DNA from: Eledone cirrhosa
Taxonomy: Eukaryota
Direction of reading: 5' to 3'
Assembly: GCA_964016885.1 (NCBI GenBank)
Contig: OZ024741.1
Location: 192,448,001 to 192,512,000 of the forward strand
Length of the DNA: 64,000 bases
The position numbers and the translations under genes are program-made. The number at the start of each line of letters is the position of its first letter. Positions within the stretch are counted from its first letter, which is position 1. Shown here in pieces: positions 40,719-54,696 of this stretch. The notes below the pieces were generated by a model that ran no database searches, was not told the DNA's origin, and worked only from the letters and a program-made list of their open reading frames with translations.

Positions 40719-43200
40719 TCAGATTTCCAACACCCTTCTTAGAATTCTTGCTGTTCCCAACAAGGCTGTTTTCTGCAACATTCCTGTCCTAATGTTAATT
40801 CCTAGCTTCGCAAGCCATGCATCCAACCTTCTACTAAATGCTCCCAGTGCGCCAGGCACAATCGGTACCTCTTCTACGTGTCTGATTTTCCCCAGTTTCC
40901 TGATTTCTCTCTGTAAAAATAAGGGCTTCAGTTTCAACTTTTAAGTCACTTTTCCTAGTCCATTCCCAGTTCCTATCTTATCAACTGTCTCAGGCGTTTC
41001 ATGTACTAATTGACCACTCATTTCTTTTTCTTGCAGCTATTCAATATGTCATTCTGTCTGTTTTGTTTAAATTCTCCATTTTCCTTTGATTCATCACTGT
41101 TTAGGACCTTTATCTTTCTTACTCCTGCCATCAATCTCTCTTTGAATTCTTTACATACCATGCTAGATTATATTCCTTCGACTTCACATACATTTCACGG
41201 CTAATGAGACCTCTTTCTCCCTCCTCTCTGTCATTATAGATACAACCTGTCCACGTCACTTTGGTGTCATAATTTTCCTGGTTTTTCTATCATGCACCTA
41301 AGTTCATCACATCTCCACTCTATCACACCAGCACTTAACCTTAGCACTGCAACAGCCCATGTGTTGATATCCAGTATCTTATTCCTACCACTTAACTTTG
41401 TCTTTAACACCAACTTTAGTCTCTGTTTATATTCCTTTGATAATAGTTCTTTCATTTCCTTCTCTTTCATTTGGTTTGTATCCAGGATGCCTAAGTATTA
41501 TACCCAATGTCATCAATACCCTTCATAACTTGTCCATCTGGTAATTCAATTCCTTCCATCTTATCAATTCTACCTCGCTTCAGTAGTAGCACCCCACATT
41601 TTTTATGCCAAATTCCATTCCCATGTCCGTACTGAATGTAAGAAATCTTTGTACAAGGGAATCAATATGTTCATAGGATTTCCCATAAAGTTTTAGGTCA
41701 TCCATGAACAACAGGTGGTTTATCCTTAACTCACGTCCTCCCCACTCGTAGCCAGCCTTTGACCTCAACACCATTGAAAGTGGAACCATTCACAGTACAA
41801 ACAACAAAAGTGAAAGACTGTCTCCATGAAATATTCCGCTCTTGATCTTCACAACTCCCAATGTTTATCTACATGATGTCAGCTCAGTCTCCCAACCATC
41901 CATACTGCTCATAGAAACTGTCTAACGTTAACTGCAATACCAAATATTTTCAAACATTCTACTATCCAACTATGTGGCACCATGTTGTAAGCCTTGCAGT
42001 AATCAATCCAGGCCATGACAAGATTTGTGTGTCTCCTTTTACAATCTTTAAGGATCACCTTATCAATCAACAATTAATCCTTAGTCCCCTTGCTTCTTCT
42101 CTACCTCCCTCCTGTTCTGCAGGTAGTGTCTTCTCCAGGTATTCATACATTGCCTCAGCAATGACACCTGTCATAAGTTTCCACATAAGAAGGAGGCAAG
42201 AGATAGGTCTAAAGTTGTCAACTTCATTTCCATTGCTGGGTCCTTCAAAGACAAAGTCATTCTCCCAAAGGTTAGCTATTCTGGCAACCTCTCTTCTCTA
42301 TTCAAGATCTTATTCAGTTGCTCAGCAATTCTCTCAGGAAGGGCCCTCAGCTTTTTCAACCAGAATCCTTGCACACCAACTGTGCCGGGAGTTTTTTCAA
42401 TTTGGTATCTTTCTATACTGGATATTTACCATATCAGTTGTTATCTCCAATTCTCCTTGTTGATTATCCCCAATGTCATATTTGATGTTAGCCACTCCAC
42501 ACTTCTATATTCCTACACTTCAGATACCACTCCAAAACTTCTTACTTTCATCCACATCAGGGATTATATCATCATTCCTAACTATGCCATTTACCTCCTG
42601 ATAGAATCTCCTCTGATTTTGTTGGAAACGTACATTCTGTTTATACTGTGTGATCTGTTGTTCATATCTTTGCAGCTTTGGAAACTACCTTTGTTTCAGC
42701 TCCTCAGTTACCATAGTAATCTTCTTTCACCTGATATTGTGCTTCCCTGTAAGTTGTTCAATCTCCCCCCCGTTTTTTAATTTACCCCATTTAACTCCAT
42801 GTAGATACTTGCAGCGCTGATTAGATTGTTGGCTGTTGTGATGATTCTATTTGGTACCTTGTTAAGGATGTTGTTTACTTTGTTAGTTATTTTTTTTAGC
42901 TGACATTTTGTATTATTGCCTCCTGATTTAGAGATCTCCAATATATCAGCAATCATCTGGCTGTCTTTTTCTGATATGTCCTTCAGTTCATCAATATTAA
43001 TGTCACCTCACGCATCATCTTAAATATTCAGTTCCTCTTCTTCCTGTTGGATTCCATTATTTTCCATACTCTCATCTCTATTTGAATCACCAACATCCTG
43101 AGATTCCACAACCTTCTTGCTTAACTTTTTCTTTATCAGTTGAATCTCAATCTCAGATAGCCATCGATCTAATTGAAGGAAGAATTGTTTGAGACAACCT
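40719..43200 (-). mobile_element. Degenerate R4/Dong-like LINE with RT
   Basis: [47 protein letters not shown]-terminal VPIVPGALG...QKTALLGTARILRRVL. Confidence 0.85.
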
Positions 43201-43875
43201 TCATCTTGTGCGACATTCGGGAAAAAAGGATGGGGGTGGGAGCAAACTTTCACATTTTGATTGACAGTGGTAGGGTGGTAACTCTTTGATATAGGGTGGT
43301 GGTGGGGTTTAATCAATCAAGTATCCATTTGTCCACTCTCAAAACAATCGTGAGCAACGTTTAAGTTATATGGAGCCCTATATATATATATATATACACT
43401 GAATAAGTGTTTTAAGATATGAAATATAAATAAGTGTAGTTATTGAGGAAACATCAAAGGGAGACGCAAAATGGATTTCGAATTTGATCTGAGTGCGTGA
43501 TACCTTGGGCAAGTATTTTCTACCATGCCTTGAGATGATCAAATCTTTATGAATACAATTTGATACTCGGAAACTCTATGAGAAACTGTTCCTGATTTGA
43601 GGTAAAAGTAGTTTTAATCTGTTGCCCGGTGTTAACACTAACACTTGATCCTTGGGCGTCTTTAGCAGATTCTACTGCGTTGTAAACATTTGGGACAGTT
43701 TTTCTGTGTGAAGGTAACTACCTCAACTAGACTCAGAATGGCATAAACACTGCCATTACTCCCCTGATTAAGTCATATTAAAAAGCAAAAGAAAAAAAAG
43801 TGAAAAATATACAAATATAACGAAACAGATTACAGGAAAATTTTGCAAAATGAGGTTTATTAAGTGATAACTTAC

Positions 43876-44286
43876 CGTAAAAAACTTGTTCAATATCATC
43901 ACTTCTGATATCGGAATCTCTTTTACTACTGCGACTGCTTGCCGAACCCCTTCGATCTGATTCTGAAGCCAGAGATGTCCTGCGACTGTAATAACTGCTA
44001 GCCGAACCTCTCCGGTCTGTATCTGACGCTAAAGACGTCCGCCGACTACAAAAGCTGCTGCCTGACCCTCGTCGATCACTTTCGGAAGCAAACGAAGTTC
44101 TTCGGCTGCTGTTGCTGCTTAGTGAGATCCGTCGATCAGCCTCGGAAGTGTACGAAGTTCTCCGACTGCCATAGTCGACGAAAATCTGAGGAACAACGAA
44201 CGGTGCCTGTACTTTTGAGCCCCGACAGATTGCTGGAGCCGTTACAAGTTGCATTTTGTCTTCTTTCTTCTCCTTATGGCATATTG
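43876..44286 (-). CDS. Probable host-gene coding exon with tandem RRxS repeats
   Basis: Pyrimidine tract + TTGCAG acceptor ending at 44287, G|GTAAGT donor at 43875-43870, 411 nt open, four 60-nt repeats diverged in DNA but conserved as SRRTSxxSExDRRGS; possible ATG at 44254. Confidence 0.7.
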
Positions 44287-45176
44287 CTGCAATATAGTGA
44301 GAAAAAGACAAAGAAAATGATTGACTTTCAGAACCCGTAAAAATAGTACAGAAGAATAACAAAGGCAAGAACAGCAACATCAATAACACTAGAACAAAAG
44401 CCCAAGAACTAGAAATACCAATACATGCATACACAAACACACACATACAGATACAGAGACACACAGACACACAGACACACATACATACGCGCGCTCGTGT
44501 GTGTTTAAAAAGTAACTAGAAATAACAAAGCAAACGGCATAATACAAAGGAGCAATATATTAGTTTAACGCTTGAAATAATAGGAAACGTGTGTTAAAGT
44601 TTCGGACACTAGTCCTTCATCAGAAGATAGAATGAGAAATTAAAGATGAAATAGAAAGATAAATAATGAGAAGGGGAAATGTCCCCGCGTATATACATAC
44701 ACATGCACAGATGCATATACATATATACATATATACATATATACATATACATACATATGTACATGTGTGTATATATATGTGTGTGTGTGTTTGCGTGTGT
44801 GTGTGTATATATATATGTGTGTGTGCGTGCGTGTATAAAACCTATATATTTGCTGGCATCGATATGCATTTGTATGTATATATATGTTATTAGATATAAA
44901 TTCTTTATTATTATCTCCAAAATATTTGTCGAGCAATACTGGCCATGACTGCTACTACGGTAGTAGGCTGGCCGCTGTCTTATTAACAACCCACTTTCCA
45001 CCGATTGACCTCGATATCACGTGTTCGATTCTTTTTGAATTTGCCACAGACACAGAGGCAGTGATTTTCTCAATGGCTAGGAAGTAAGTCCACGCTTTGC
45101 TATTTCCTATTCACTGATTTATTTTTTAATAAGCTTCCAGAGTCCTCGCTTTGCCTGGAGACTTATATGAGAATAG

Positions 45177-45258
45177 ACTTTCCTGATGACGGGATGTTTC
45201 TCTACACCTTCTTCGGAAGATGTATCTACTCCATTCCAGAAACTAATTAGTTGGAAGT
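45177..45258 (+). ncRNA. Minimal type-I hammerhead ribozyme
   Basis: ACTTTC CTGATGA (45183-45189) CGGGATG...CATTCCA GAAA (45239-45242) CTAATTAG TT GGAAGT. Confidence 0.8.
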
Positions 45259-45306
45259 GATATTTTAGTAAGTAAGTTAATTTTATAATTTTCTTATCTT
45301 ACGTCT

Positions 45307-45362
<56 letters not shown>

Positions 45363-45409
45363 TGTTGTAGTTTGCTTGAAGCATTGTTGAATAGGAAATA
45401 TAAATTTTA

Positions 45410-45752
45410 ATAATTTTAAAAGCCATACAATGCATTAGAAAATTAAAGGTGCCAAGATAACAATAGCATCTTACCTTACCAAATTTATATGTCCCAAATA
45501 TTTTCGGGTTTAAAAACTCATTATCAAAGGAGTATCCCTGTGAAGGTCTTAAAAGATCGGTCGGAGATGAGTTGTTAAATTCTGCCTTCCTAACAACAAC
45601 TCATCTCCGACCGATCTTTTAAGACCTTCACAGTGATACTCTCTTTATAAAAGGTTTTTAAACCCGAAAATATTGGAACATATAAATTTGGTAAGGTAAG
45701 ATTCTCTCGTTATCTTGTCACCATTAATTTTCTAATGCATTATATGGTTTTT

Positions 45753-45760
<8 letters not shown>
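45410..45760. repeat. Fold-back element with U3-A8 hammerhead motif (45492-45531, minus)
   Basis: Inverted arms around a 45579-45590 spacer; minus strand TCCT TTGATAA TGAGTTTTTAAACCC GAAA ATAT TT GGGA; same family as 53655-53950. Confidence 0.8.
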
Positions 45761-45850
<90 letters not shown>

Positions 45851-45904
45851 CGTTTCTGAATTTGTTTAGCAAGATTCTTTATCTGAAAACGTGTGTTGAA
45901 ACCG

Positions 45905-46429
45905 ATATTGTTATACTTTGGGAGGGTCATGTTGCCAATAAGAAACACACGCACCAGTTGCTTTCACTTCAATTTATTATAATAAATTTATAAATTTAGG
46001 AATTTATAAATTTCCGGTTGGTTGGTTGGTTCCACAACCAGATGGTTGTTTATATATTGTCAAAGTTCTTTCGTCACACATTCTGTGACCTCTTCAGTGA
46101 CTGGGGATTCTTTTCTTTGTTTTTTGTGCCTCTCCTTTGTTCTGTCCTACGCCATCTTGTTTTTGTGTGTCAAAAACAAGATGGTGTAGGACAGAACAAA
46201 GGAGAGGCACAAAAAACAAAAAAACAAAGAAAAGAATCCCCAGTCACTGAATAGGTCACAGAATGTGTGACGAAAGAACTTTGACAATATATAAACAACC
46301 ATCTGGTTGTGGAACCAACCAACCAACCGGAAATTTATAAATTCCTAAATTTATAAATTTATTATAATAAATTGAAGTGAAAGCATGGTGCGTGTGTTTC
46401 TTATTGGCAACATGACCCTCCCAAAGTAT

Positions 46430-46437
<8 letters not shown>
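45905..46437. repeat. About 530-bp near-perfect fold-back with two hammerhead copies
   Basis: Arms meet near 46168; motifs at 46059-46101 (-, CTGAAGA) and 46243-46285 (+, CTGAATA); left arm matches 8245-8465. Confidence 0.9.
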
Positions 46438-46483
<46 letters not shown>

Positions 46484-48267
46484 CGCTGCACACCTTCTTC
46501 AATAAACTGATGATGTGCTTTTACATGCTTATATTTAACCCTTTCTTCTTTCTATTTCTTCTTTTTTCTTTGCCTATCCCACTCTCTCCCTCTCTCTCCC
46601 CTTTCACTTTCGTCTCCTCTCTTCCACTTTCTTGTTTCTTTCCCTCACGTTCTCATGTCTTCTTTCTTCCACGCTTCTTCTGCCTAACTCTCAGTCTGTT
46701 ATCTCCTGAAATCAGTAGGCATCAGCACCTCTTTTGTTATGCTCCACCACACAACCACATTTTTTTGACAAAAGTCTAATTTTTCCAGGGTTAACATGTT
46801 GCTTATTTTATATGTTTAGTCAGATGTCAAATTATTTCTTGTAATATTCTAATGTATTTATCTCTTTTTTTTTTCCTAAAGACATCCGTAAATTTTCCTG
46901 TTCATTTTTTTGTTTTGTTATTGCACCTTACCAATAGGACGGCTCTCTAAACATTATGGGTGAAATTGCACGCCAGCTACATAGCTGACGAAATAGAGAT
47001 GTCGTACGTAACTGTTTTTTTTGTGTGTGCATTTTATGCTGCTTATATACATACATACACGCACACATACACACACACTCACATACACATATATATATAT
47101 ATATATATATGCACATACACACATACTGGCATACATAAACATACATTACACTCTCATAAATACGCACACAGAATTCTAGTACAAAGTCACTCGCTGGGAA
47201 GAAACACTTAACAATCTCCCATCTGTAACAATAATGGAGCTAAAGGCGAGCGAGGTACTGCCCCACGGAGCAGATACGAACTATGCAGTGAGGAAATGCC
47301 TCAAGATTAAGATCTGGTGTTGGTCGTGCAAAAGTCAATCTGGCAACATGGAGATATCTAATGGATAGGGACGTTGTGTGTGTCTGCAGCATCGAACCAC
47401 AGACTAAGCAGCAACTCCTGATATGCCCCCTGCTGGGACATCCCTGTACTGCATTGGACTTGGCAGAGTTTAATGAGAAAGGGAAGTAAAGTGTTCAGCT
47501 GTGGCGGAACCACATCTAGCCAAGCTTTATAGCTGACACTCTTGTGGACACGATAAGAAGAAGAGTACAAAGTAAATGATGAAACGATATCGTCACTATA
47601 TCATTTTTAGCATATGCATTACTCTATCTAGTAAGATACATCTCAAAACTAAAGAGGGGGAGAGAGAAAGAGAGAATGAAGGACGTGATAACTAAACATG
47701 CAGTGATGTTACAGACTTTGTTAAGTATTCCTAATCTTCCTTCTCCCCCTCGCTCTGTTTAAATCTAGTTCTTACTGTCACTATCTCAACTCCCTCTCTC
47801 TCTCCACCCACTCTTACACGTTTACCTTATCTCTCATCCCTATTCAACCTCTAACGTCTAATCTTTATTCTCTCTCTCTCCCCTTTCTTCTCCATCCCCC
47901 TTTCCTCCCCTCACACTCCTATCGCTCATTTGTCATCTTCCCACTACTTAACGTTTGGTGCACCTCTTTTTTCCCCTGTATCTCTTTGATATCTGTTTCT
48001 CTCCATCCCCAGATTCTGGTATATCAATGTGACCTCAAGTTACACACAGAAAAGGATAATATATATAAGTACACAAGGCGTATTGAATATATATATATAT
48101 ATATACATACATATACACACACGCATATGTATACACACACACACACACACACACACACGCACGCACACATATATATGTATCTCTCTATATATAAACGAAG
48201 TTGATGATCTGTTTGAGGTGAAACAAATTGTTCTCGGAAATGGTGTATTAATTGTTGTGGAACTACT

Positions 48268-48351
<84 letters not shown>

Positions 48352-48517
48352 TAAATAAATAAATAAATATATATATATATAGATATATGTGTGTTTGATG
48401 GTAGCTATGATGCTTCCATAGGCGGTATGCCGGTTGAGCACTCTATGTTCTTACAGAGCAGAGTGTGATATAATATAAAACGAAAAATCGGTGATGCATC
48501 TGGACTCAATTTATTTT

Positions 48518-48605
48518 GTGTCACAATTGTTTCGCCGGCAGACAGCTCGAGACACGATCATTGTATGGATCTGTCTGATTCTGGAACTACAGGTTCGTCG
48601 GACAC
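48518..48605 (-). ncRNA. Hammerhead-like motif with CCGACGA core
   Basis: Minus strand GTGT CCGACGA ... GAAA CAATTG TG ACAC; the GUG triplet is not a cleavable NUH. Confidence 0.5.
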
Positions 48606-48608
48606 TAA

Positions 48609-49701
48609 TCTATATATATAAAACTGTGGTTGTCTGTCTGTCTATCGATTTTTGGCACACATCTCCTCTTAGAATCTCTCACGGAATTGCACCGAAATTG
48701 CTATAGTTGTACATTGAGCCCTAGCGAAGACATCTATATATATAAAACTGTGGTTGTCTGTCTGTCTATCGATTTTTGGCACACATCTCCTCTTAGAATC
48801 TCTCACGGAATTGCACCGAAATTGCTATACTTGTACATTGAGCCCTAGCGAAGACATCGGGAAAAAAATATTTCAAATTGACCCGCCCTATGTGACGAAA
48901 TCGAATATAATGTATCGATTTTTGAGCGTAAGTTATCAGTTATTTCCCTTTGTTCTGTTTACATTGAGCGTCTTACGTAAAAGATTACGCTGGCTTTCTC
49001 AGCGTTTAAAATGACATTAACACAATACACGAACAGTTGTCGAGCCAGCAAAATATTGACCTGCAAAATTCATCAGTTCGAACACTAAGCTTCCGTTTTG
49101 CTTCATTTCCATTTAAAAGCATTTTAAAACAATATTTTTACTTGAAAACAAGTCTATTTAAAGACTACGTAAAACAAGCAAATATTTCGTCGTTAGGCGT
49201 GCAGACAGATAGTCGTGCTGAGAGGTGATATAGGCGTGCAGACAGACAGTCGTGCAGAGAGGTGATATAGGCGTGCAGACAGACAGTCGTGCAGAGAGGT
49301 GATATAGGCGTGCAGACAGACAGTCGTGCAGAGAGGTGATATAGGCGTGCAGACATACAGTCGTGCAGAGAGGTGATATAGGCGTGCAGACAGACATAAC
49401 TGATAATTTGGTTACGCTAATGTTTTTCTCTGCGTTGCAGTGTTTACATTTTCGATCTTTGTTAATAAATAACCAGTGCAGTTTTTATCCCCAGCATCCT
49501 CTTTTGTTATAACATTCGGGTTATCGTTATGTTTTCTTAACTTCATAAGGCATATTGTTGGTTGAGGGAATATTAATCAAAAACACCACATGCAAGTCTG
49601 CACAGTAGACACTACAGTTTTTAAGCCAAGAAAGAAACTTAACATTGTAACTTTAACACAGCTACTGAGCGACCCCGAGCAACGCCGGGCTTTACTGCTA
49701 G
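48609..49701 (+). mobile_element. Non-autonomous Helitron
   Basis: A|TC 5' end, subterminal hairpin CCCGAGCAACGCCGGG (49674-49689), CTAG|T 3' end, no TSD; first 124 bp tandemly duplicated. Confidence 0.85.
49196..49395. repeat. 37-bp minisatellite inside the Helitron, about 5.4 copies
   Basis: GGCGTGCAGACAGACAGTCGTGCAGAGAGGTGATATA at 49196, 49233, 49270, 49307, 49344, 49381. Confidence 0.92.
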
Positions 49702-49849
49702 TATATATATATATATATACATATACATACATTGTGTAGTGGGTTGGGGCAGTTATGTAGAATGTAGATCGCGAACTATTTATAAGCTAACAATTGATTG
49801 GATATAGGAGAAACGAATAAATGATAAGGAATAAAGGAATGCAAAAGTG

Positions 49850-49952
<103 letters not shown>

Positions 49953-50844
49953 ACTACTATATGCTGCTAATTTTATTCCTGTCTCAAACCAACAAATATC
50001 GAAAACACACTAATTATCTTATCGAGTTCTAAAAGAAAATGAAACCAAAGCAAGTTGCTGTTTAATAGGAATAATTTAGAATTCCTAAATCAAATAAGTG
50101 AACACTTTAATTAATTAATTAATTAATTGAACACTTTCAAGAGTTTCATATAACTAACAGAACAGATTATAGGACATTGAAAATTATGCTTTTCGTGTTG
50201 CCACACCAGTGTTTTTGAGATGTTTAGACCACTAACAGTAAGAAGAGGTCAGTGTTTTTAGATATTTAGACCACTAACAGTAAGAAGGCGCTCAAAACCG
50301 ATAAGCTTCTTATTATTCAAGTAGCCAAATCGCCAGTGTTGGACAAAATGTCTTGTGTTATTTCTTCCACCTTTTAACATTGTGAGTTCATGTCCTGATG
50401 TGGTTAACTTTGTCTATCACCCTTCAAGGGTCGAGAAAATAAAGTACAAGTAAAGTATTGAGGTCGATTTGATCAACTGTTTCATCCATACAATGTTTCT
50501 GAACTTGTGTTTATGTGAGGAACCATTTTTAAGGACGTGGGAGTGAGCCAAATGTCGTTGGAACATCAACAAAAATTACATTATGGTATTTATATCGGCT
50601 CTTTACCTTCTGAATGCAACAGCTTTGACTTTCATTCTCATGAGGTCCATAAAATAAAGTACCAGTCAAGTATAGAATTAGATTCAATCGGCTAACCCCG
50701 CTCTCCCAATTTATTATCTTGTGTCTCTTTATAAAAATATTACTGATGTGAAAATATATTAAATCTCTTTGTAATTTTTGTGTGTGAAAGGTTAGAAATC
50801 GAATCGCCTAATAGCCATACATCATCATCACCGCCACCACCACT

Positions 50845-51120
50845 GGTGATTTTTGACAAGAGAAATGATCTTGCTTGGTTATAGATGTAGCTTGCCCCTT
50901 TGAAACAAAAGAGCAAGAAAAGGAGAGAAAATTAACCGGCACCAGGATTTAAAGTGGGAACTGAAAATGATTTGGAACTGTCACGAGATGAAAGTTGTCA
51001 CCAGTGTCATTAGAGCATTAGGTGCCATTTTGAAGAGCTTCCACGGCTGGTTAAAGAACATTAAACCAGTCTCCATTTTTGGAACACTCCAGAAGGCATG
51101 CCTAATGGGAAACACTCTCA
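50845..51120 (+). mobile_element. R4/Dong-like LINE nuclease-end fragment
   Basis: VIDVACPFE, DLKWELKMIWNC..VIRALGAI..TLQKACLMG; similar to 39310-39620. Confidence 0.7.
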
Positions 51121-51124
51121 CCCT

Positions 51125-51570
51125 TAAAAAAAGACTGGTTGGAAATCAGCACTTTCCTCTCCACCTAAATTTTTCTCTTCAAGTGAAACCAAGAAAAGTT
51201 AATCAGGGCTTCGCCGAAGAGGAAAGTGGCTGTCTTCAACCCTTTCAAATGCGTCCACCACACGACCTTTTTCGCCATGGCCACCAGGTAGATACAAACT
51301 GCTTGCCCTTCTCCTCCAAAGGAAGACTGCGTGGTGATCTTCACAAGAGACTCAGTTGATAGTCAGATCCGTCACACACGTGACAGTAGGTACTCGACAT
51401 AAACCCACAGGTCAGCAATACTCGGACACTCGATGAGTGCATGCTAGACGGTTTCGTCACCAAGCAGGCACCTCGGACAGGTCCGGCTGACGGCACTTCT
51501 ATGCATGTAGACGTTGTCTCGAACTGGCAAACCTCCTCGGTAGCACTGCTAGGCCAGGGATTTCTTGAAA
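51125..51570 (-). mobile_element. L1/Tx1 3' fragment
   Basis: Reverse complement aligns with 36475-36920 (e.g. ATTGCTGAC.TGTGGGTTTATGTCGA). Confidence 0.8.
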
Positions 51571-53611
51571 AAAGTGACTAGTTGATTTTCGTCAACGCTC
51601 AGAATCTGGCCAACGACGCCGTCGCTCTTACCCTCGAATAACCCTCTCCAGAATGCTAAGTATTGTTGTGTTCGACATCAGCAAAGTCTTACACAATGTT
51701 GGACAAGCCAATCTGCTTGCGGCTCCATCCATCGGAACTCTCTCGAATTGGGGGCTTCTTGTCTGATTACAATATCTGGGTATGTGTTGATTGAGCTTTC
51801 TTATAACCATGTTTTATAACTTTGGTGTTTCCCAGGTTACGGTTTTATCCTTCATAATCTTATACACCAACAGCCATCTTAGAAACCGCCGAAGATGATC
51901 ACACCTACGCAGCTAATATCCCACTCAATTACTCCCTCACCTTCCATACCAAACGTCAATCTAAGGTCATCTCCTTGCCAAAACAAAAGCAATAACACCC
52001 ACTATAAACAGGATCAACACACATGGTCACTAAAAATGAAGTTCTTTCCTGGCAAGTGCATATCAAAACCGCATCACAAAGACTGCTATTGCATCTAGAA
52101 TTGTTCTCCTCCTCCTGCATACAAACACAGTCACCATAGACCACATGCGAAGAGAGAGCATTCGACTTTATTGGCATACGACCTCTCACAAACGCACTTT
52201 CTGGTCTACATACTTGATGCTTTTCTACCGCTTCTAAAACTGGCCGTCACTCCTTGGAACTGGCTAGTCATTTGTCACCTCCACTCTAGCACTCCCATCT
52301 CACTCTTCTCTTGTCTTATTTTCTCGTCACCAGCATTGTAGCCATCTCTATCTCTAACACTGCTCACTAGACCCAGACCCCCTCACAAATGTCGCTTTCT
52401 GGAATTCCTTGGCTGAGGTGTTTTTCCTGCGGCGTACAGCTTGCAACTGTTCAAGAGAAATGTCAGCAGCATCCATCTCACTGGTGTCTGAGGACTTAGC
52501 ATGTTATGGACCCAGCGATTTCTTTCAGAGAGGGAAGGAGAGAAAGTGAGATGAGAAGATATAGAGGAAGTATCGACTCCAGTGCTAGGCTGTCACTTTA
52601 TATATCAACCTCAAAATGATTAAAAGCAAAATTGACCTTGGCAGGATTTGAACTCAGAGCGCAAAGAATTTAAACAAATACTGCGAAGCATTCTGCCCGA
52701 AGTTCTAACAGCTCTACCAATTCATCGTATACTGTATCTAGATACATTAATGAGGAGGCTTAATAAGCCGAAACATTTATATTGCTTTCACTAGTTCACT
52801 TTTAAGAAAGATTCATTCCAATTTGCATTGCCCCTATTCCCTAGAAGTTCCATATGGCTAATTTTATTGAATTTTCTCCCTATTTTGTGGTTATAATATT
52901 TTAAACACCCTCAGGAGGAGATTTTGTCCCCTAATCGTATGGATGATCTCAGTAAATCAATGTTTTTCATGACATTATCTTACACATTTGAGACATTACC
53001 ATATTGATATGCAGAACTTTCCCCTGAGTTATTTTTCCATCAGACATTGTTTCGTAGAGAGTGTAAGTGAAACGAAGAAAAACAAAACAAAAAAGATCAA
53101 CAAGACATACACATGTGCGAACATACACACAGACATACACACAGACATACATACATACACACGTATGTGCGCAAAACCGGATATTGCTGTTTTTCCTTTC
53201 TTAAAATATGAAAAAGAAGCTGCGAGTGAGCTATTTTAACCGCCTCAAGCAACCAGTTATAAAGGATTGTTCAAAGAAATTGCCAAAAAAAGCAAAAATC
53301 AAGCGTAAAATAGAGCGAAACAAAATGGTTAGATGTTATATGTTCTTTAACAATAACTTTGATGTTGATGATGATAAGTAGGTGGATGTGGGGGCGGAGA
53401 AGGACGGAGTAGGAAGGAGGAAGGAAGGATGTCCTGTGATTTGTGTTATCATTAAAGCGTAGCTACAAAGTGTAATTTTGTTTTGCCATCTCCAGTGTGT
53501 ATATTTGTGTGTGTACAGCGATACACACACACATATTGACATACACACGCGCACTCACATGTATATATATATATATATATATATTCATACACACATACAC
53601 ACACACACACG

Positions 53612-53650
<39 letters not shown>

Positions 53651-53787
53651 GAAACACAAATTTAAATTTTGAAAACCAAAAAATGCGTTAAAAAGAACAT
53701 TAAATCGCCACGATAATAAAGGAAACTTACCTTAGCAAATATAAATGATCCCAAATATTCGATTTTTTAAGTCTCTCACAGAGTTAC

Positions 53788-53828
53788 TCCCTTGATAATG
53801 GGTTTTTAAACCCGAAAATATTTTGGGA
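53788..53828 (+). ncRNA. Minimal hammerhead ribozyme, U3-A8 variant
   Basis: TCCC TTGATAA (53792-53798) TGGGTTT-TT-AAACCC GAAA (53814-53817) ATATT TT GGGA; lies in fold-back 53655-53950. Confidence 0.72.
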
Positions 53829-54339
53829 TCATTAAATTTGCTAAGGTAAGATTCTTTTATCTCTTTCTAACGCATTGTTTGGTTTTCAAAATATAAAATT
53901 TGTGTTTCCTGTTTAACAATGCTTCAAGCAAGCTACAACACTCTGATATATAAATATTACCAAGTTAAAAGTTAATTTAGGATTATTTATAGAAATATGC
54001 ATATATACACCCAAACATATTTACATGGGTATAGAAAGAATGGAATAATTATATTTATTTATTTAATTTTATATATTTTAAGAATATGGAAGTATTTATA
54101 ATATTTAGGTGAGAATTATAAATTAATGTACTAAATTGAGAACTATTAATTTATTAAAGCAATATAATATGTATTTATATATACGATTGGATATATTTTA
54201 CGCATATATTTTAATATTATGATGAGTGCAGTTATAAATATATTGTTGTATAAGGCATTATTGTATATCGTTATTAAAAAAAAATTATTTAGTACATAAA
54301 TAATTATGCGTGAACATAGATCTTATTTAAGTATATATA

Positions 54340-54518
54340 ATTATTGTTTCTACTTTAGGCACAAGGCCAGCAATTACACAGTGCATTACTGGTACTTTAT
54401 TTTATCGACCCCGTAAGGATGAAAGGCAAAGTCAACCTCGGCGGGATTTGTACTCAGATCGTAAAGGGACGTAACTATGTTGGAAAGCATGGCGTCCGAC
54501 CCTCTACCGATACTGCCA
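54340..54518 (-). mobile_element. tRNA-derived SINE (major family)
   Basis: Near-identical to 12961-13140. Confidence 0.88.
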
Positions 54519-54696
54519 AGATGATATATATGAATTTTCTATATATACCTTAAGAATGTGAAAATAATTATATTTTCTAAGAGAAGATAAGAAAGCACGT
54601 AAGATATGTCGAGCGATGATATATATGCATTTTCTATATATACCTTAAGAATGTGAAAATAATTATATTTTCTAAGAGAAGATGTATAATATTATG

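Noticed and set aside
44580-44630. Hammerhead motif on minus (CTGATGA AGGACTAGTGTCC GAAA), related copy at 24141-24180
   Set aside because: Stems I/III are decayed (and GAAA is lost in the 24 kb copy); probably real remnants but too degenerate to list as ribozymes
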